Of a DNA stretch of 48,262 nt, positions 1 through 14,655 are shown in pieces (the stretch's first letter is position 1; each line of letters opens with the position of its first letter). Both the position numbers and the translations under genes were made by a program. Source of the DNA: Dimargaris cristalligena. Its lineage: Eukaryota. The stretch covers positions 1-48,262 of the forward strand of contig ML002280.1 in assembly GCA_003614675.1 (NCBI GenBank), read 5' to 3'. Under the pieces are notes generated by a model. That model had not been told where the DNA came from. It saw nothing but the letters and a program-made list of their open reading frames with translations, and did not search any database.

Positions 1-7
1 AATAAAT

Positions 8-10
<3 letters not shown>

Positions 11-38
<28 letters not shown>
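11..38. repeat. (TA)14 microsatellite
   Basis: Read directly from the sequence. Confidence 0.95.
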
Positions 39-41
<3 letters not shown>

Positions 42-3000
42 TTAGAAAGTAGGATCAACACGGCGAACGTACTGCTAGGGGTATAACCTGTGGAGTAAAT
101 CGATAGTGGGGTGGGAGCAAGCAGGGGCCAAGGGCCGAGAGCCGCCGCTATTGTCAGTCCCAGTCCGTTTTTTATTTTTATTATATTCTTGTTCTTTTGG
201 TATCATTTATGGGACACAGCAATATCTGGCAAATCCCAATGATACCACCTAAGATCATGCTATAGTATGGACTATTTTAGCTAAATATAATAATAGGCAC
301 CGTGCACTATATAGCCACCATTCACTGCGTCGGGCCCATGTTAAACCTAACCGTGCGGTTCTATGAACCCACATGTCCCGAATCTGCGATGTTTGGGATC
401 GACATACCCATGGTGATAGCGATGTTTATTGGAAAGAGGTCATTGAATTCAGCAAAAAGGGTAGAGGGGGTCTCAAATTGGTAGTATGCGGGGTATATTA
501 GCCAAGTAAAAAATGCTCCGGTGAGAATATATGACGGGCCACCGAATTCCCAGGCCAATGCCACACTCCTCTTCAATTATTCTTTTAAAAAATAAAAAAT
601 GGATTTTGGAGTTTGGAGACCCATATTGCTACTTTAATATCGGGAAGCCATAAAATATGGCAGTAGCGCTGCTTTTGGCAATAGTCTACGTATTCCCACC
701 CTTAAATGCCTCAATTATCGTGGCCCTGGTAAAGAGAAAAACCTTAAATGGGATGGTGCTGGCATTGCTTGATTAGTTTTTTAGATGTCGGGGAGTTCAA
801 TGATGTTCATGAATGTACATTATTCACCATCAAAGAAGGCTAATTGTATCTATATTGTGCATGTATTCATCAAATAACTGGGGCCATCTAGATGTCAGTG
901 TTTAGCACCTGGCGATACTAGAAATTATAATGCCCAACCGCTGTCGGACACCTGGCCCATTCGGCCACCTCATCTGATTGATTCTATCATCACCCACTTT
1001 TACTGAATTCAAAAACAGTGGTAGGTCAGTTACTCATGTCACCCATTTATCAAAAGGGTATGAGAAAATTTCGAAGATGGCGGACAACGGAATAGGTTCA
1101 AATGTATGTGAGAAAGAGAGTGTGTCTGTGGGTGTACAAGCCAACCTTGGCCTAACAGCATTGCAAGTATAATGGATTCAGTAATTTGGCTGGGCTTTGT
1201 TCCAATCCTCACGAGTAGAAGGTTTGGGCTTAAGAGGAGGTGTTATGACTGTCTGGTTTTGGTCAATCCTGGGGTACAATGTTATTTCGGGGCGTCCATT
1301 ATTCACCAACTAGGGTGGGAATGCTGGAGAAATGCGGGCTTCGTATAATTAAGGAGAGCCAAGTCAATAAAAAAAATGTATGCTGTAAAACCATAAGAGC
1401 AAGGCCGCACAGATGGCTAGCAATACTGCCCAGAGCATAGTTGGCTTTAACATTTTATGTTCAGGTGCGTATTAGGAGTATTTAAGGTGGCCCCGTGCCA
1501 CTTTCCCCTTTTATTCGGACTACTGGAAGGAATTGTGAGGGTCCAGTCATACGATTTTACCCGGGTAGACTGATTTATAAAGGTAAATAAAGTAGGCAAG
1601 TCACTTGGCTATAATTATATACAAGGATTTACATAATTATACCACCCTCCGCTCCCACCATCAGAGATGTGTAAATCATTTTAGTAATGCATTGGTGGTG
1701 ATGTGGTGGAATCTTTATCGCAAAAATCACCATATTGCGAAAATTCCTGTGAAAATGCCTGGGATTTGTGGAAGGACTCCTTTGTTGGTGCAAGTTAGTT
1801 GCGGCTTTTCAGTGAATAGCATTGTTATATTAGAAATTTGGTTCTAAAAGAAGGAATCCGAAGTTTCCCGTTAAGGTGTTAAAATGAGGTCATGGATGTT
1901 GGCTGCTACAAAAACGATGGTTAGCAACTCCGAACCGGATGGTTTGTATGGAGAGGGGCCTGGTAGGACCAAGTCTAGACTGAAATCAACACATAGCAAT
2001 CACTTAACAACCTCCTCTGCATTATTATATGCTATTTCGCCCCAAGTCTTCCTTACTGAACTACATAATTTAGTAGTCGATGGGCATATTTGCCAAGGTT
2101 AGGAGTTGTAATCAATGTTTTTTTCAGTCAACTTTTTCTGGGCTGGATCAAGAAGCTTGTAAACAGCGCGGGTTACAGCCAAAATAGAAAAATATATTCT
2201 TTTCATGATCTTTGATGTAGGGGCGGCCATAAATAAGTGGTGAGGGTTTTAAAGGTTCACCGTTGGATCTGACTATAGGTTAGTTGATACCCAAGAGACT
2301 GTTTTCAATGTGGTTTTGCCCAGCCCTGTAATCATTCAGGAGTACAATCTCATAATATATGGACATTCGCTACCCCTTTAAAAGGCGAATTTAAGATCAA
2401 GAAAACATCAGCCTAAAGTATACCCCGGGAGTGCCACGGACGGGTCACAGTCGAACCCATCGATAAAATTATGGGGTCATAATTTGACAATAATTTCCTT
2501 TGGTTTCTTGGGAATCATTATTGTTCCCAATGACCACCTGTTCTAAGTTGGGATTGGCGAAGGCTCGTCTAGTATGGAAGAAAAAGGGGACAATGTCACC
2601 CGTGTGTTCAAAATTGCAGCAGTAAGCGGAGTTCACTAATATAGTAATGGTCGCTGATATTAGTTCAACCTAATTCCTCTTGCCTAATCAGAATAAACAT
2701 GGAAGTTGGCCGGGTCCGATATATCCATTGAAGAATCCAGTCTGGACCCATTTCCGCAGTGGGCCAATGGTCAGTTTATTGTAGGTGATATATTAGGCAA
2801 ATTCCCGTAACCTAGGGGGCCAGGACATCAGAATTGGCAACTTCGAGTCCATTGCCAGGGTCCATTGAGGCGGATGTTGACCATACGACCATTTCCTATT
2901 GAGTTGCAAGTAGAAACCACTCAGTGGGAGCAGGGGTATTATGGCCTAGCGCTGATCAATAAGCTTGCAATGTGGGCGTGGTGTGCTGACAAACAAGGAC

Positions 3001-6000
3001 GATAAATTGCAGGGAAGTTTGCAATCAAGTGATCACAGCGCAGCCATCAAGCTTAGCCAGAATTGAAAAGTATTGCTGAATATTCAGTAACTGTTTTCGG
3101 AGTTATTCGCGTGTGTATGGCCCAAACTATGGTTAGGTCCGTTAATTTGAAAGCCCATTATCCGACTTCCACGTAAAAGACAATATGGGAGAGGTTCAAC
3201 CGAGTTGTATAACGAAAAATCCGTTGGATGAAGCAAATATGACTGGTTAAAAATAAATCTCCCATATATTATCCCATACAGTTATCATTTAAAACCTTAT
3301 ACAGCTGGGCCGAACTTCACCCATATTATGACTACCTTTGATTGATAACCCAGCATCAGATGATATGTCGTGGAATTTACTGTCTGTGCAATGTAATTGT
3401 TTTTTTTAAAAAAATAAAATAAAGTAAAGGATGTTCTTAAGTTGGTCTAGACTCCATCTACTTTTATATACTATTCCAATATAAATTCACCCCAAGTAGA
3501 TTGGATCTACCACGTCATTGTATTTAGGGGCTGTCCGACTTCCAATCGAATGAATAGTAAGTTAATCACACGTTTAAGTTACCTTTGGGCACGCATTTCC
3601 TTGATTAGGAAAACATGCGGTGGAATCTGCCTAAAAGTTGGAATTGCATCAGTTTGAAAGGCAGGTCCTATTCACTGGGAAATGTGGTTATTCAGTTAAT
3701 ATGTAATTCAATAACGAGAGGTATTCTAATCACCGGGACTCGGCCAAGTGAAAGCCCGAAAGCCGCTCTTCTCCACGGGCCATTCATCATGACCATGGCC
3801 AACCACCATTCCCCCGGTCTAGGGAACATCATGCGTCCACCAGTACCCTTACGCTCTAGAACATTAATAGTTTGACGTCAGACCAATGACCAGTGCAGTC
3901 TAGCTGTGTGGATCATGGGGCGAACTTGATGGATACTTTAATCCACCCTTGAAATGGATCATGAAAGTTTACGTGGTTTACTGGCTGTCTATACTGCCCG
4001 GTCCCCAATCTACCCCCCCCCCTAAAAAAACATAAGTATTAAATGGGAGGCCAGTGGTAAATTTAATAAACTAAAAGTATTGGGATAGGTTACGTAGAAA
4101 ATGATGACTCTATTCATATTTAACCAAAATGGTGGGGTTAGTTATCAATGGCAGATTATCCCCTCGCCACTCTAACCCTAATCCCACCCCCGGACCTATT
4201 CACAATATCGTTGACAGGATGGGGAATGGGAACACCCCACCCCACCCTCCCCTCAGGACACTTTTAATAGAAAGAGAAATAGGGTGGTTCAAGTCAGTGC
4301 GCAAGACGGGCAATAATTGGGATAATGCGGTCAACAGGTGGAAGGAACTTTGAGTATCACCAATGATGTGTTGCCTATAGCGTTCAGTTGGTCTGGGCCC
4401 TGAAAAACAATATATACATGTATAAAAAAGGCGGGATGGGAATGGGGTTGGTTACATTTGAGCGAATTCGGACATAGCTTTGCTTCATTTGCCCGTATTT
4501 TGGAATCGGCCCAACTGGTGTAACACCGCCCATACACTTCCAACTGCTAAACCATAATCCGACACCATCTTCTCGTAATTTAGTTAAATCAGGGCATTCT
4601 ATAAAAACTGAATGCCCTTACTAAGCCAGGGTTGGTACAATGGCGGGTAAGCGGCACGGGTTGCAAAAAATAAAAAAGGAGGAATGGACCAAGGCACGGA
4701 GGCGAAAAAGAGGGGTGCTTATGGAAAAACGGGATAATGCTTATTCCTCCGAGCAGTGTGGATCTGATAAAATCTCCACTCTACCAGTCAGTACCCATGC
4801 TATGACTGCTGCAATATGGCCAATACTCACTTTAATGTGCGGGTGGGCCGGTGGCTAGAAATACGAAACAGTACTTACCTACCTCGGCCTCCCCGGTATT
4901 CATTTGCGAAGAATGTGTTCTCTGATGCAGACGGACCAACCGGTAGCTTAAAGGTCTAATATTACGGCCCTGTTTTCAAATCAGGCAATAAAGGGTTGAT
5001 GCCTTGGCCCATTCGGGGCTTTGCCCACATACCGAATAATACAACAGGGGGAAACTTTACGACGGTGCAACCACCACTATTGAGCACTCACTCCACTCCC
5101 ACTCTTTATGTAGTCTTCTATTACCGCCGATGACCGCTTCATAAGTAGTCCGCCTAGGGCACCTCATTGACTATCAGTCACCCCCAATGCCTATAGTTTT
5201 ATGTTTATTTTTTTAGTTCACTGCTCAGACCATTGTCGAGACCTTGGCCTTTGCTTACACACTATCTTTTCTCTTCCGGGGAACCCTGATTTACCCTAGC
5301 CCAAAAGGGTGCAGGAGACCGAGACGTGAACCAACTGCTGTAAAGAACCACTTCCAGAAACGTTTAACCTAAAAAAATTATAACAATATTCACATTCCAC
5401 TAAAAATAACAGTAAAATAGTACTATGGGCGGAGGCGCACCACGACCTCCAGAGCTGTGTCGAATTTTAGCTACATGCTGTGGATCCACCGTGACGAAGT
5501 GTAGACTGTAGTTGGTGGGAGAAGCCACCGTTTTACCGGTTATTCAGTTAACTCACTCGAACTTCGCCTAGCCATTGGACTGTAAGACTCGGATCCGCCA
5601 CTCTATACTATCGGCCAATTCGGGGGCCCATTGGCCAAATTTCTGCAGTAATGTTAGGGTGAGCTGAAGGGGGGGGGGTGGCTCTCTCCCTCCCTCTTTC
5701 TCTCTCTCTGGAGGAGGAAGTGAGAGACAGTCACAATAGACAGCCGCCAACGACTCCAACGAGGCCATCGAGCCATGGCGCAAAGTCTGGGTACACTCCT
5801 TTAGCATTCAACAACAGCACCTATGATGTCGTTTTTTTCTTCTTCATATTCGGATACACCCGCACACGTGTCCATGCACTCGCCATCGGACCCGTTTATC
5901 CAAGTGAACTCGGCAGCTTGGGAACTGGCTCCGAAAGTCGAGCAGCTGCAACTCATGCATCCCCAGCCCAATAATTCTCTGGTCTGCAGCCCTCCTCCCC

Positions 6001-9000
6001 TTTACACACCCCTTCCCATCACCATCACTGCCACCACTTCCCCCCCATCTTTATCCCTCTCCCCCCTTTCTCACCGTGGGTTTACCTCCTGATTCACGCG
6101 GTAAAGAAAGAGGTACACTTGCTATGTGTCGAACCATACTGCCATTTAATAATTGTATGATCAACTACCGAGAGTCGCCCGGTAAACCAGGGAATTCTAG
6201 AGAATCACCAAGGGGGCAATGATTGCGTATTCACATACCGCGTTGCTCCACCCTCACTGTTTACCTCCTTTTACCAATGGCTTGTAGATGACTCAAGCCC
6301 CGCACTTACCCTCCCCCTATCCTTCCACACACACACAGAGAGAGAGAGAGAGACAGACGTACCCAATCTCGAATGCATCGATAAACAGCATGGGCCGCGC
6401 ATTGGACTCGCATGGCTCCCGGGACACTCTGCGCTCCATGTGCCACTTCGAGGAATATGCGACCAAGCTCAAACCTTAGACCATAGAGTAAGAAACAGGA
6501 CTTTGGCTGCAACAACAGGTACCGCTATGTAAATTACCAAGACAATATATCACCAGGGGTGCGAAATCCACGATACGTAGATCCCCAGTAAGCTCAGATA
6601 TGCGAAAGATAAAGGAGACGGGAGGGGATGCCTAGACGGCTGGAAGAAGCAAGGTTACTAACTACATACTAACCACCCGTATCCATTAGGTGGGTCAATG
6701 TCGGATACATCTACCTGGTGGATGCATGACTGTCGACACATTGACCTCTCCACCCCCCTCACCCTTGTAGGGGATCCTCCTAGACAATGTTAAAAATAAT
6801 TCTAATATTAAAATAAAAAATAAACCTCACTGGGGAAATTAAACATTCCTGATGGATGCCATGTAAATGCACGAATAGCTTACTTACTATTCAACCGGGA
6901 ATCACAGAGGTAAAATGTTCACAGACCGGGGGGTGGAAGAGATATGAAGCGAAACGGTCGTCAAATCACCATTACAGTTCCAGCGACGCAATAAACGTGG
7001 GATGCAAGCCTCCCATATTAGCGGAGGGTGGGTACGAAAGGGTTGTGGGTCCTGGGCGCAGCTCGGAGGAGCCCACCCGATGTCCTACAGGTCACTGTAA
7101 AGCCTTGTGTACAATCGGAGAAGGGGGGTTGGGTTGAGCGGGGCTTTAAGGTAAATATGCAATAGCTATAGGTTAATTTGATTATAGGCTGGCCTTAGTA
7201 ATGGTGGCTCCGTTGATTTTAATTATGGGGACGCAAAAGGGGGAGGGTCATTGGACGTATGGAAGAAGGTGTCCGTGGGTGCGAGAGGTGAGAAATGGGG
7301 GGAGAGGACAGGCGGGGCGGGGCGATGAGCTGAGAAAAGGAATTACACTTACTTGGGAGGTTGTAGCATGGCCGGATTAAGTTCATTTATTGTGAATAAA
7401 CCACACTTGGGTATCAAAAGGGGGGAAATTAAAATGGTGTACGGAAACTGCCTAGGTGGACCAAACAGGACATAGAGCAGAATGGATAAGGTAGCAGTAC
7501 TAAATGGGTCCAAAATGGACAGGTATCGCACAACTTGGTGGATCACCTGGTTACGCCAGGTAACGATCAAAAATAGCCTGGTGGGTTGATAATAATGGAC
7601 CATATTACTATCATCCCTAACAGATAATCTGCCGCTTTCAATTATTATGTTCCGCCACTTTTATAGCACTACAATCACTCAAGAGATATTCACCTGACTG
7701 GTCCGCTACATTATACTGCACAGTGCCTTGATGCCCAATTGAACACTTGCGCTGCTGTGAAAGGGTCGATAACCAAGGCCTTGCGCCTCCTATTTTAGAT
7801 TCCCGTTAACTTGCTGCCTATAAACATTATTCTGAACCATTCTCCCACCGATTAACTGGCCCTACCCCCCCTATGAATGATGGACCATAAATATCTAACT
7901 TGTGAAAAATCCGGAGAGTTGCACTCTTCTATTTAACTATTAGGCTACTGGAATCGATGCCTGGACGATGGGTGGGGCATTTTGCCCAAAGCGAGAGATA
8001 AACAATTTCACCAAATTAGATATTGATGCCAGACTCCTACCAGCAACTTCCTATTCCGACCCTTTAGGTTCAATATAAGTAGCCCTAGGCACCTATAGTG
8101 GGGGGGTTGGATGTATAGAATTATGCCAATAGCCCGCACCGTTTAGTTTAGGAATAGCTGCATCCCAGCAATCATATGCTATTCCTATATCACGTTCCGA
8201 ACTGCTGAATGACACGGACCCCGCCCCGCACGGGGGATTCCTAAAGTAAGTCCCAATGTCTGTATCCCAAAAAAATCCTCCCAGGCCCGATCGACCGTAT
8301 CATTATTAAATTTAAGTGTAAAGACCCCTGTCATGCGCCAAAAGGGTTTCCAACTTAGCCACCGTTGCCTATGTAGTCACTTTAGGAAGAAGACAGAGAG
8401 CGGCGGAGAGGGGGTTGTACAACCACACCAACGCCTACGCAAAGCATTAGGCTGCTTCCATCACTTCTTGTGTCGCCTCCTTTCCCTGAAATCCCATTGT
8501 TGGACTAACCCAGCGCGGTCCCGGAAGATGGGAAACAACCGCAAACGGCATCCAGTGATACAATGGAATTGGGTAATAATTAAAAAGACGCTTTTGGCTA
8601 AAACGGTGGCCAGCGGTTGGTATCACTAGACACTCGGTTCAAGGGGCGGTCAGTGCGCGAATGACGTAATTTCTCTTCCGTGTTGACACCCCCAGAGCAC
8701 GCTATAGTGGGGAATTAGAAATCCCGGCTGACTGAGCCCAGCAGCCCTTCCAATGACCATTTCTTTGACAACTACAGGACCATAACTCAAATTTTATCCA
8801 GGCGGTTGTGGTGCTCGCCCGGAACCAGTCCAGTAAAACCCGATATTTAGCTACTGTGGGAAACAAGTAGAGATATAGTGAGTCCCCCCAGTACGTTATT
8901 CGCCACCACCTAGATACATTGTCGTTCTATAGCTAGGCTTAGTTCTATATATCTTCGGACTACGTAAGGGCGACACTTCCTTAAACCAACTACGGCATCT

Positions 9001-12000
9001 TGGCTGAACCCGGAGTTTCCTATCCTGCTAGAATTAGCCGTTAAGTCGCAAGGTAAGGCAGACAAAATAAAATAAGATCCAATCCGAGGGGTAGCTATAC
9101 TGATTCATGCCAAATAAAGGTCCCGGGAGAACCAACGCAGCAGGGCTTGATCCTGGCATCGAAATACATAAGAATGTGTCCCGATATCCACAAATATCAG
9201 TTTGATTTTGTTAAATCCGAAGTATCTCCCGTCCACATAGGGGCATGTACTTCGTATTGTTTGAATCTGCATTAACCGGAATGTGTAGTATAGGGCTCCC
9301 CGTTTCCCCTTAAAATTAGCTTGGTGAGCCGGTGTGAGGGCCATCAAGGCAGTGTATCAATCCTGAATATCCCAGTTTTAGTTTCTTATTACTATATTAG
9401 GCCAAAATGGTGAATCGGTTTGAACGGGTTAGGACCCCAGTGGCCCAGGCATTTCACTCCGCCACCCAGTCAAACAATACCCAACCCGACAAGCAGGTCA
9501 GTAGTTTTCCGGGAGGGTCCTAATGAGAAAATATAGTAAAAGGGCAGAACAAGAGGGGGAGGGGAGTGGTAAATTTGGTCACCAGGAGTTCCGAAGTATT
9601 GTTCCGCCATATGCCTTCCATGCCGGTATACTCAAAATTGTCCGACCCGCAGCGTAATTGAAGATTGTCCTGCCTAATAACCTATTAGAGCTAACCACTG
9701 GCATGGTCTGGTCTGGAAGCCCCTTGGATGATATTTGAGTGAGTTTTGCGGGTATTAGGGGTTCCCACGATTTTTACAGCAGGTTGATAGGAGTTATCTG
9801 GGTAATAGTATCATGAAGACCCATTCATAATACTTATTCAACGACGCCCTGGGTTGCGGAAGGGAAGGACACGCTGAGTAATGGATGAATGTAGCCGATA
9901 TAAGGCAGAGTGGCTGAGTCACTCTTACACTATATACTATATTATGCTAACAAAACCAGCTCTTAACCCGTTTCTATTTGCATGAACTGGTCCGGCTTGC
10001 CCCTCCTAAAGAACGGTCTGGCTTGACCAGCACATACCCGGGACTGGACAGGTGCGTATGGTTTATGGTGGGTCGAACCTGCTGTATCCATCCCGTGATG
10101 TGGAGTTTACAGCTGAGACGCGCATCGACTGTGACTCTACAACCAAAACATCCCCGGAAAATGGACTATTTCGTTAACCGCTATTCACCTCTTTCCCCAC
10201 TCTTTTTTATTTTTATTTTTGCGCACTCGTTTGTGTTCATGCCCAAGCCCAAGCTGGATAAGACGGAACGGACCCCAGCCGCGAAGGCTTGGGCCAGGGG
10301 GCAATAGATGGCGTAGCCCCCCTCCCCCGTAATCCCCCTTCTCCTGATTTCCGGTGCTCACCCCAATATATGACGAGCCCATGGACCGCGTCCGCCACTG
10401 AGACTCCTCCCCCTCCAGTGCTGCCGCATGTCTGCAGCATTCTGGCCCGACCATGGCCCTGTCCATGGTCATGGCCATAGCGCATGCCTCTATATGAAGG
10501 AATAGGCGCGATCCTGGGACATCCGTGGTCAGGGTCCAAGATTTGTCCCACCGGTGGTAAGGCCTCCCCCTCCTTATTATATATATATATATGTATTTGA
10601 TTTTTTTACGCGCACATTTATGCTATCGCCATTTATTAGAGCGGACTTTGATGAACGGAGATGGCAAGCCGTAACCTTCCCCATCGCCAATCGACCCAAC
10701 GTATGTCGGTTGTCGCGATTTCATTTGGCGGACGTGTCAACCTAACGACGTCATTTAATTTAAGTCACCTCAGGGAAGAATGGTGCGTTCTCGTGGCTTT
10801 TTTTAGTAGTGCCGGAAGAATGTGGTGGAAACTCGGTGCTATTTGCCCCACTTATTGATACGTGGGGGGGTGTTGTGGGGATTAAGTTGCACCTGTCCAT
10901 GGAATCCCCCCCCCCAAGTTGATCTTTCTGGTTATAATCGGGATCGAGAAAGATTAGAAAAGTGGGGGCTTCCAATAAAGCGGAGTATCGTTGAGCATAA
11001 ACCACATGGTCGATAGTTTTACTTGGACGCCACTGCGATTGGGTTGCGGGCGGAAATCCTCAAGGTACGGCTATATCCGACACGACGCCTTCGAATGTAT
11101 AGCTTTCGCCTGACACTCTGAACATCTATGAACATTCGGCCGAAATGTAATGAGGTGGCGAATGAACTACACTGCTGGGTGGAGTAGGCAGTCCCCCCCT
11201 CTCATCACAGTTGCTTCGGTGCCCCAGTCTGCCCATGCCATTCAGTAGCTTGGCTCGGTAACTCCGATTGGGCCAGTCGTGACTAGTTCCGGACCACTTG
11301 GCCATTGTTTGGGCGACTCGTAGAGGAGACTGGTCGGCCATGAGCAAGGACTGATACTTTTGGCGGGAAAGGACTGAAGGATACATGTAACCGGTTGGTG
11401 GTTCCAAAATTAAACAATGTAGAGCAGCTAATACGGGAAGCCATTCTTTCCCTACCGTCGCATGTACAGCATGTTAATAGGGGGTGGGTGTGAGACTAAT
11501 ATCCAATCCGCAGGTATACTGGATTATTACCAGGCATGGTAACTCCCATGGACAAACTACTGGGTTTATTACAGTCTACAATGATGGCGCTTTCTATTTA
11601 GAAACGTTGATTTGGGCTCACGCGGCTCATTAGCCAGTCTCCCGAGGTCCCAGTGACCAAGCCTTGCCCCCTCCACCCAAGTCGGTTGGCCATAGCCCAA
11701 CGCTAGCCGACCTACCTGACCCCTGATTGCCGTGCACGTACATTACCACACAGGCCAAGTATTCCCAGCCCATCAACAAACCAGTCATTCCCCTGCTACA
11801 ATCTCGATGCACTCCCACGTAGGCCCCTTACCATCCGACCAAATCAGAATAAGCGCTGGCCAGTGTCCTCCCCCCTCTCCCCTTCAGTCCTATAGTGGCG
11901 TTCACCAGTTTTTTTTATAACCTGAATTCCTCACCCCCTCCTCATCGGTTCAGACCGACTACCCCTTTAGTCAATTCCAGGTTACTTTTCATTTCCTATT

Positions 12001-13578
12001 TGGGATTGGCTCCGGTCCATCATAGTCACCGACCTAGGCCGTGACGCACACTGCGGCTCTAAATAGGATATAGGGGAGGGAAGTGGGAGGGATAACACGA
12101 AGGAGGGAGGAATGGCGGTAGGATGAGGTGTGGATGCAAGTAACAGTGGCCTGTTATGAAATGAGCTCAACTCCGGACAGCCGCCGTTAAAAGGAGGAGG
12201 CGACTAAACTGTGGATAAAAATTGATTATTTCGATGTGTTGCAGCCTTTCACCTAATTTTATGAAAAGTAGCGTGACTTGCGAGGGAATGGTTTAGCTCG
12301 ATTCGCCAATAACCATGGTTGAATTTCTACATTTGATCCTCCTAGACCATGGCCATGGGGTTTCAACGAAGGATCACACGTTTCTACGAAAGGACGGGGA
12401 CAAGGGCATGATGGCATGTGTACTTGCACCCGCGGTAATGAATATGGCGGCAGCGGAGAAGGAGGTGGAGATGATGGGTTGTTTCAGCCATTGGAACCAA
12501 TGCCATTTTCAAATAGAAATAATGCGGCCCAGCCTACTAGTACATTCGACTTCAGTGTATATGTATTCTATCAATAGAACATCGAATAGTATGGACTCCG
12601 AGTAATATCCCATAGACTGCCCCGTCATTATCAATCCTCGATATCTGTTTAAAATCCTTCGGGGGAAATTCCCACTGTGCATTCTGTACCCGCTTATGTA
12701 CTGTCTTTGATATTAGACGTAACCAAGCAGCAGCTACCCCTAAAACGTACATTTGTAAGTATACTCACCGCCACATATCAACAACCTCCCCACATGTTGG
12801 TACTGCCGAGCCTACAGCGGCACGACTATAAGTTGCTGGTTAAGGCCATTTCATTGCCCATAGAATGATGGGAAACGGTGGATTTTCAAATGAGACGGGG
12901 GCACTATTAGAATCCTTGTGTGGGGGTTTATTGCATAGGACCTGGGCACCTAAATATCTGTTTTTTATTTATCACCAGGGTGGAATTGGATGAGTAACAA
13001 TTAGCCAAGAAGGCGATGACATCCCCATCGCCCACTGCAGCAGAGGATGGGCCTAAGGAGTACGGGTGCCCTCTTCAGCACTAACACCCTCCGTATTGAC
13101 CTCATGCTATAATCACCGACTTGTCATGTGGGTAGTCGAATAAAATGATTCACGATGGTGCACAACAGGCAAGCTTAATGTAATCAGCAGGTTAAGTGTA
13201 ATTTCAATTTTATTGAGCTATCATTACGGTATGGCATCCAGTGGGTGACCACAGACCGACGGGGGAGGGTACTTGGAATAGGAGAGGTACTAATCATAAA
13301 CGAGAGTTAATTTTACAGTATGAGAGAGAGAGTGGGAGCCGGAGGATATGCAACAGGGCTGAAAGATTGTAATACATGGGACAGGTGGAATACTGGTTGG
13401 CTTGGGTGATTTACGACAAGCAATGCTAACGTGGCATATAATAAGCGTTATAAAATTACAAGGGGGAGGACGGTGTCCGCGCCCTAGGGAATCTCACCTA
13501 CACAAGGTGGTGGGTTAACAAGGGTAAAAAGAAAAATAATACTACGGAATATCCAAGGACTACAAAGGTGTATGGGAT

Positions 13579-14655
13579 TTAACATAGGCCGTACGAGCGA
13601 TTGGCCGGGGCGTGAAAGGATACAGGGAGGCAGGGAGGATGGTCTTGGAAGGGTGACCGGGACTTAAAGGTATGGGAAGAACTGGGCAAGACGGGGAAGG
13701 AATTCGATCCAGTTAAACAATCGGATTTGCCAGGGATAGGATAGGGAAGGGAGGCGGAATGGGTCGAAGAGGAAGAAGGGCGAAACATAGCCGCGGGGGA
13801 AGGGGGGGATCCCTGTGGGATGGAGTAGGGAGCTGGGCGGAGACCACGGCTCGAAATGGGGGAGACTTGGTAATAGCGAGAGGGGGTCGGATGCGACCTA
13901 ATGGAGGGCAGGGCCAGGGAGGCGGCGTGATAGGGGTGGTGCGGGTCACTACCATGGCACGGGGGCGACGACACGTGAGATGAGCATCGGGAGATATCGG
14001 TGGGGGACGAATGCGCCGACATCGGGGGGGAAATCACGTAGGGCATATTCGGAGACGACGAAGCGGAAGGATGGTTGGTGGGAGGCGAGGGAGGAGCGGA
14101 GTGACTCGGGGGCGATGGCATGGAGGCGGTCGCGGGGAAGGCACGGGCCGGGTCCGAGTGCAAGAGCTGGTGTTTCGTCAAAGTGGTCCGCCGGGTAAAG
14201 GTGCGACCGCATCCGAGATGGTCACAGGCATACGGCCGCTTCCCGGTGTGGGTACGACGGTGGCGTGCCAGGGACGACGAGTCACTGAAGTTTTTGTTGC
14301 AAAAATCACAAGTATGCGGGCGTTCCCCGGTGTGGGTGCGGTAGTGGACAGTGAGGGCCGATCGCTGGATGAAGCGTTTTCCGCAATTGGGCCAGTCACA
14401 GGGGTAGGGTCGCTCCCCAGTGTGTATCCGACGATGGCGCATAAGGTCCGACTTGCGGGCAAATGCCTTTTGACAAGTCGACCAGGCGCAGATGTACGGA
14501 CGTTCCACGTTATCCAGGCCCCCAGGGGACAGGGGAGGTGATATACTGTCCTCGGAGAGATCATCGTCCACCAGAGGGCTGAGTTGGGGGGACCCCCCGG
14601 GCGATTCGACCGGGGAAAAGGTCTCGGTATCATTCAACAGAGTGTGGATATCCAT
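13579..14655 (-). CDS. C2H2 zinc-finger transcription factor with 4 fingers, full-length copy, 358 aa, intronless
   Basis: Four CxxC/CxxxxC...HxxxH fingers with TGERPY/TGERPH/TGKRPY linkers. Recognition helices are [24 protein letters not shown] and RRTTLTKH. Ser/Pro-rich C-terminus. Start placed at accATGG (MDIHTLLND, 14655) rather than the ORF-track TTG at 14721. Confidence 0.95.
   Translation of the reverse strand: MDIHTLLNDTETFSPVESPGGSPQLSPLVDDDLSEDSISPPLSPGGLDNVERPYICAWSTCQKAFARKSDLMRHRRIHTGERPYPCDWPNCGKRFIQRSALTVHYRTHTGERPHTCDFCNKNFSDSSSLARHRRTHTGKRPYACDHLGCGRTFTRRTTLTKHQLLHSDPARAFPATASMPSPPSHSAPPSPPTNHPSASSSPNMPYVISPPMSAHSSPTDISRCSSHVSSPPCHGSDPHHPYHAASLALPSIRSHPTPSRYYQVSPISSRGLRPAPYSIPQGSPPSPAAMFRPSSSSTHSASLPYPIPGKSDCLTGSNSFPVLPSSSHTFKSRSPFQDHPPCLPVSFHAPANRSYGLC

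Noticed and set aside
9978-10551. Cluster of overlapping ORFs with repeated CCATGG/CATGG
   Set aside because: No consistent frame, domain or regular repeat period. Not a CRISPR-like array.
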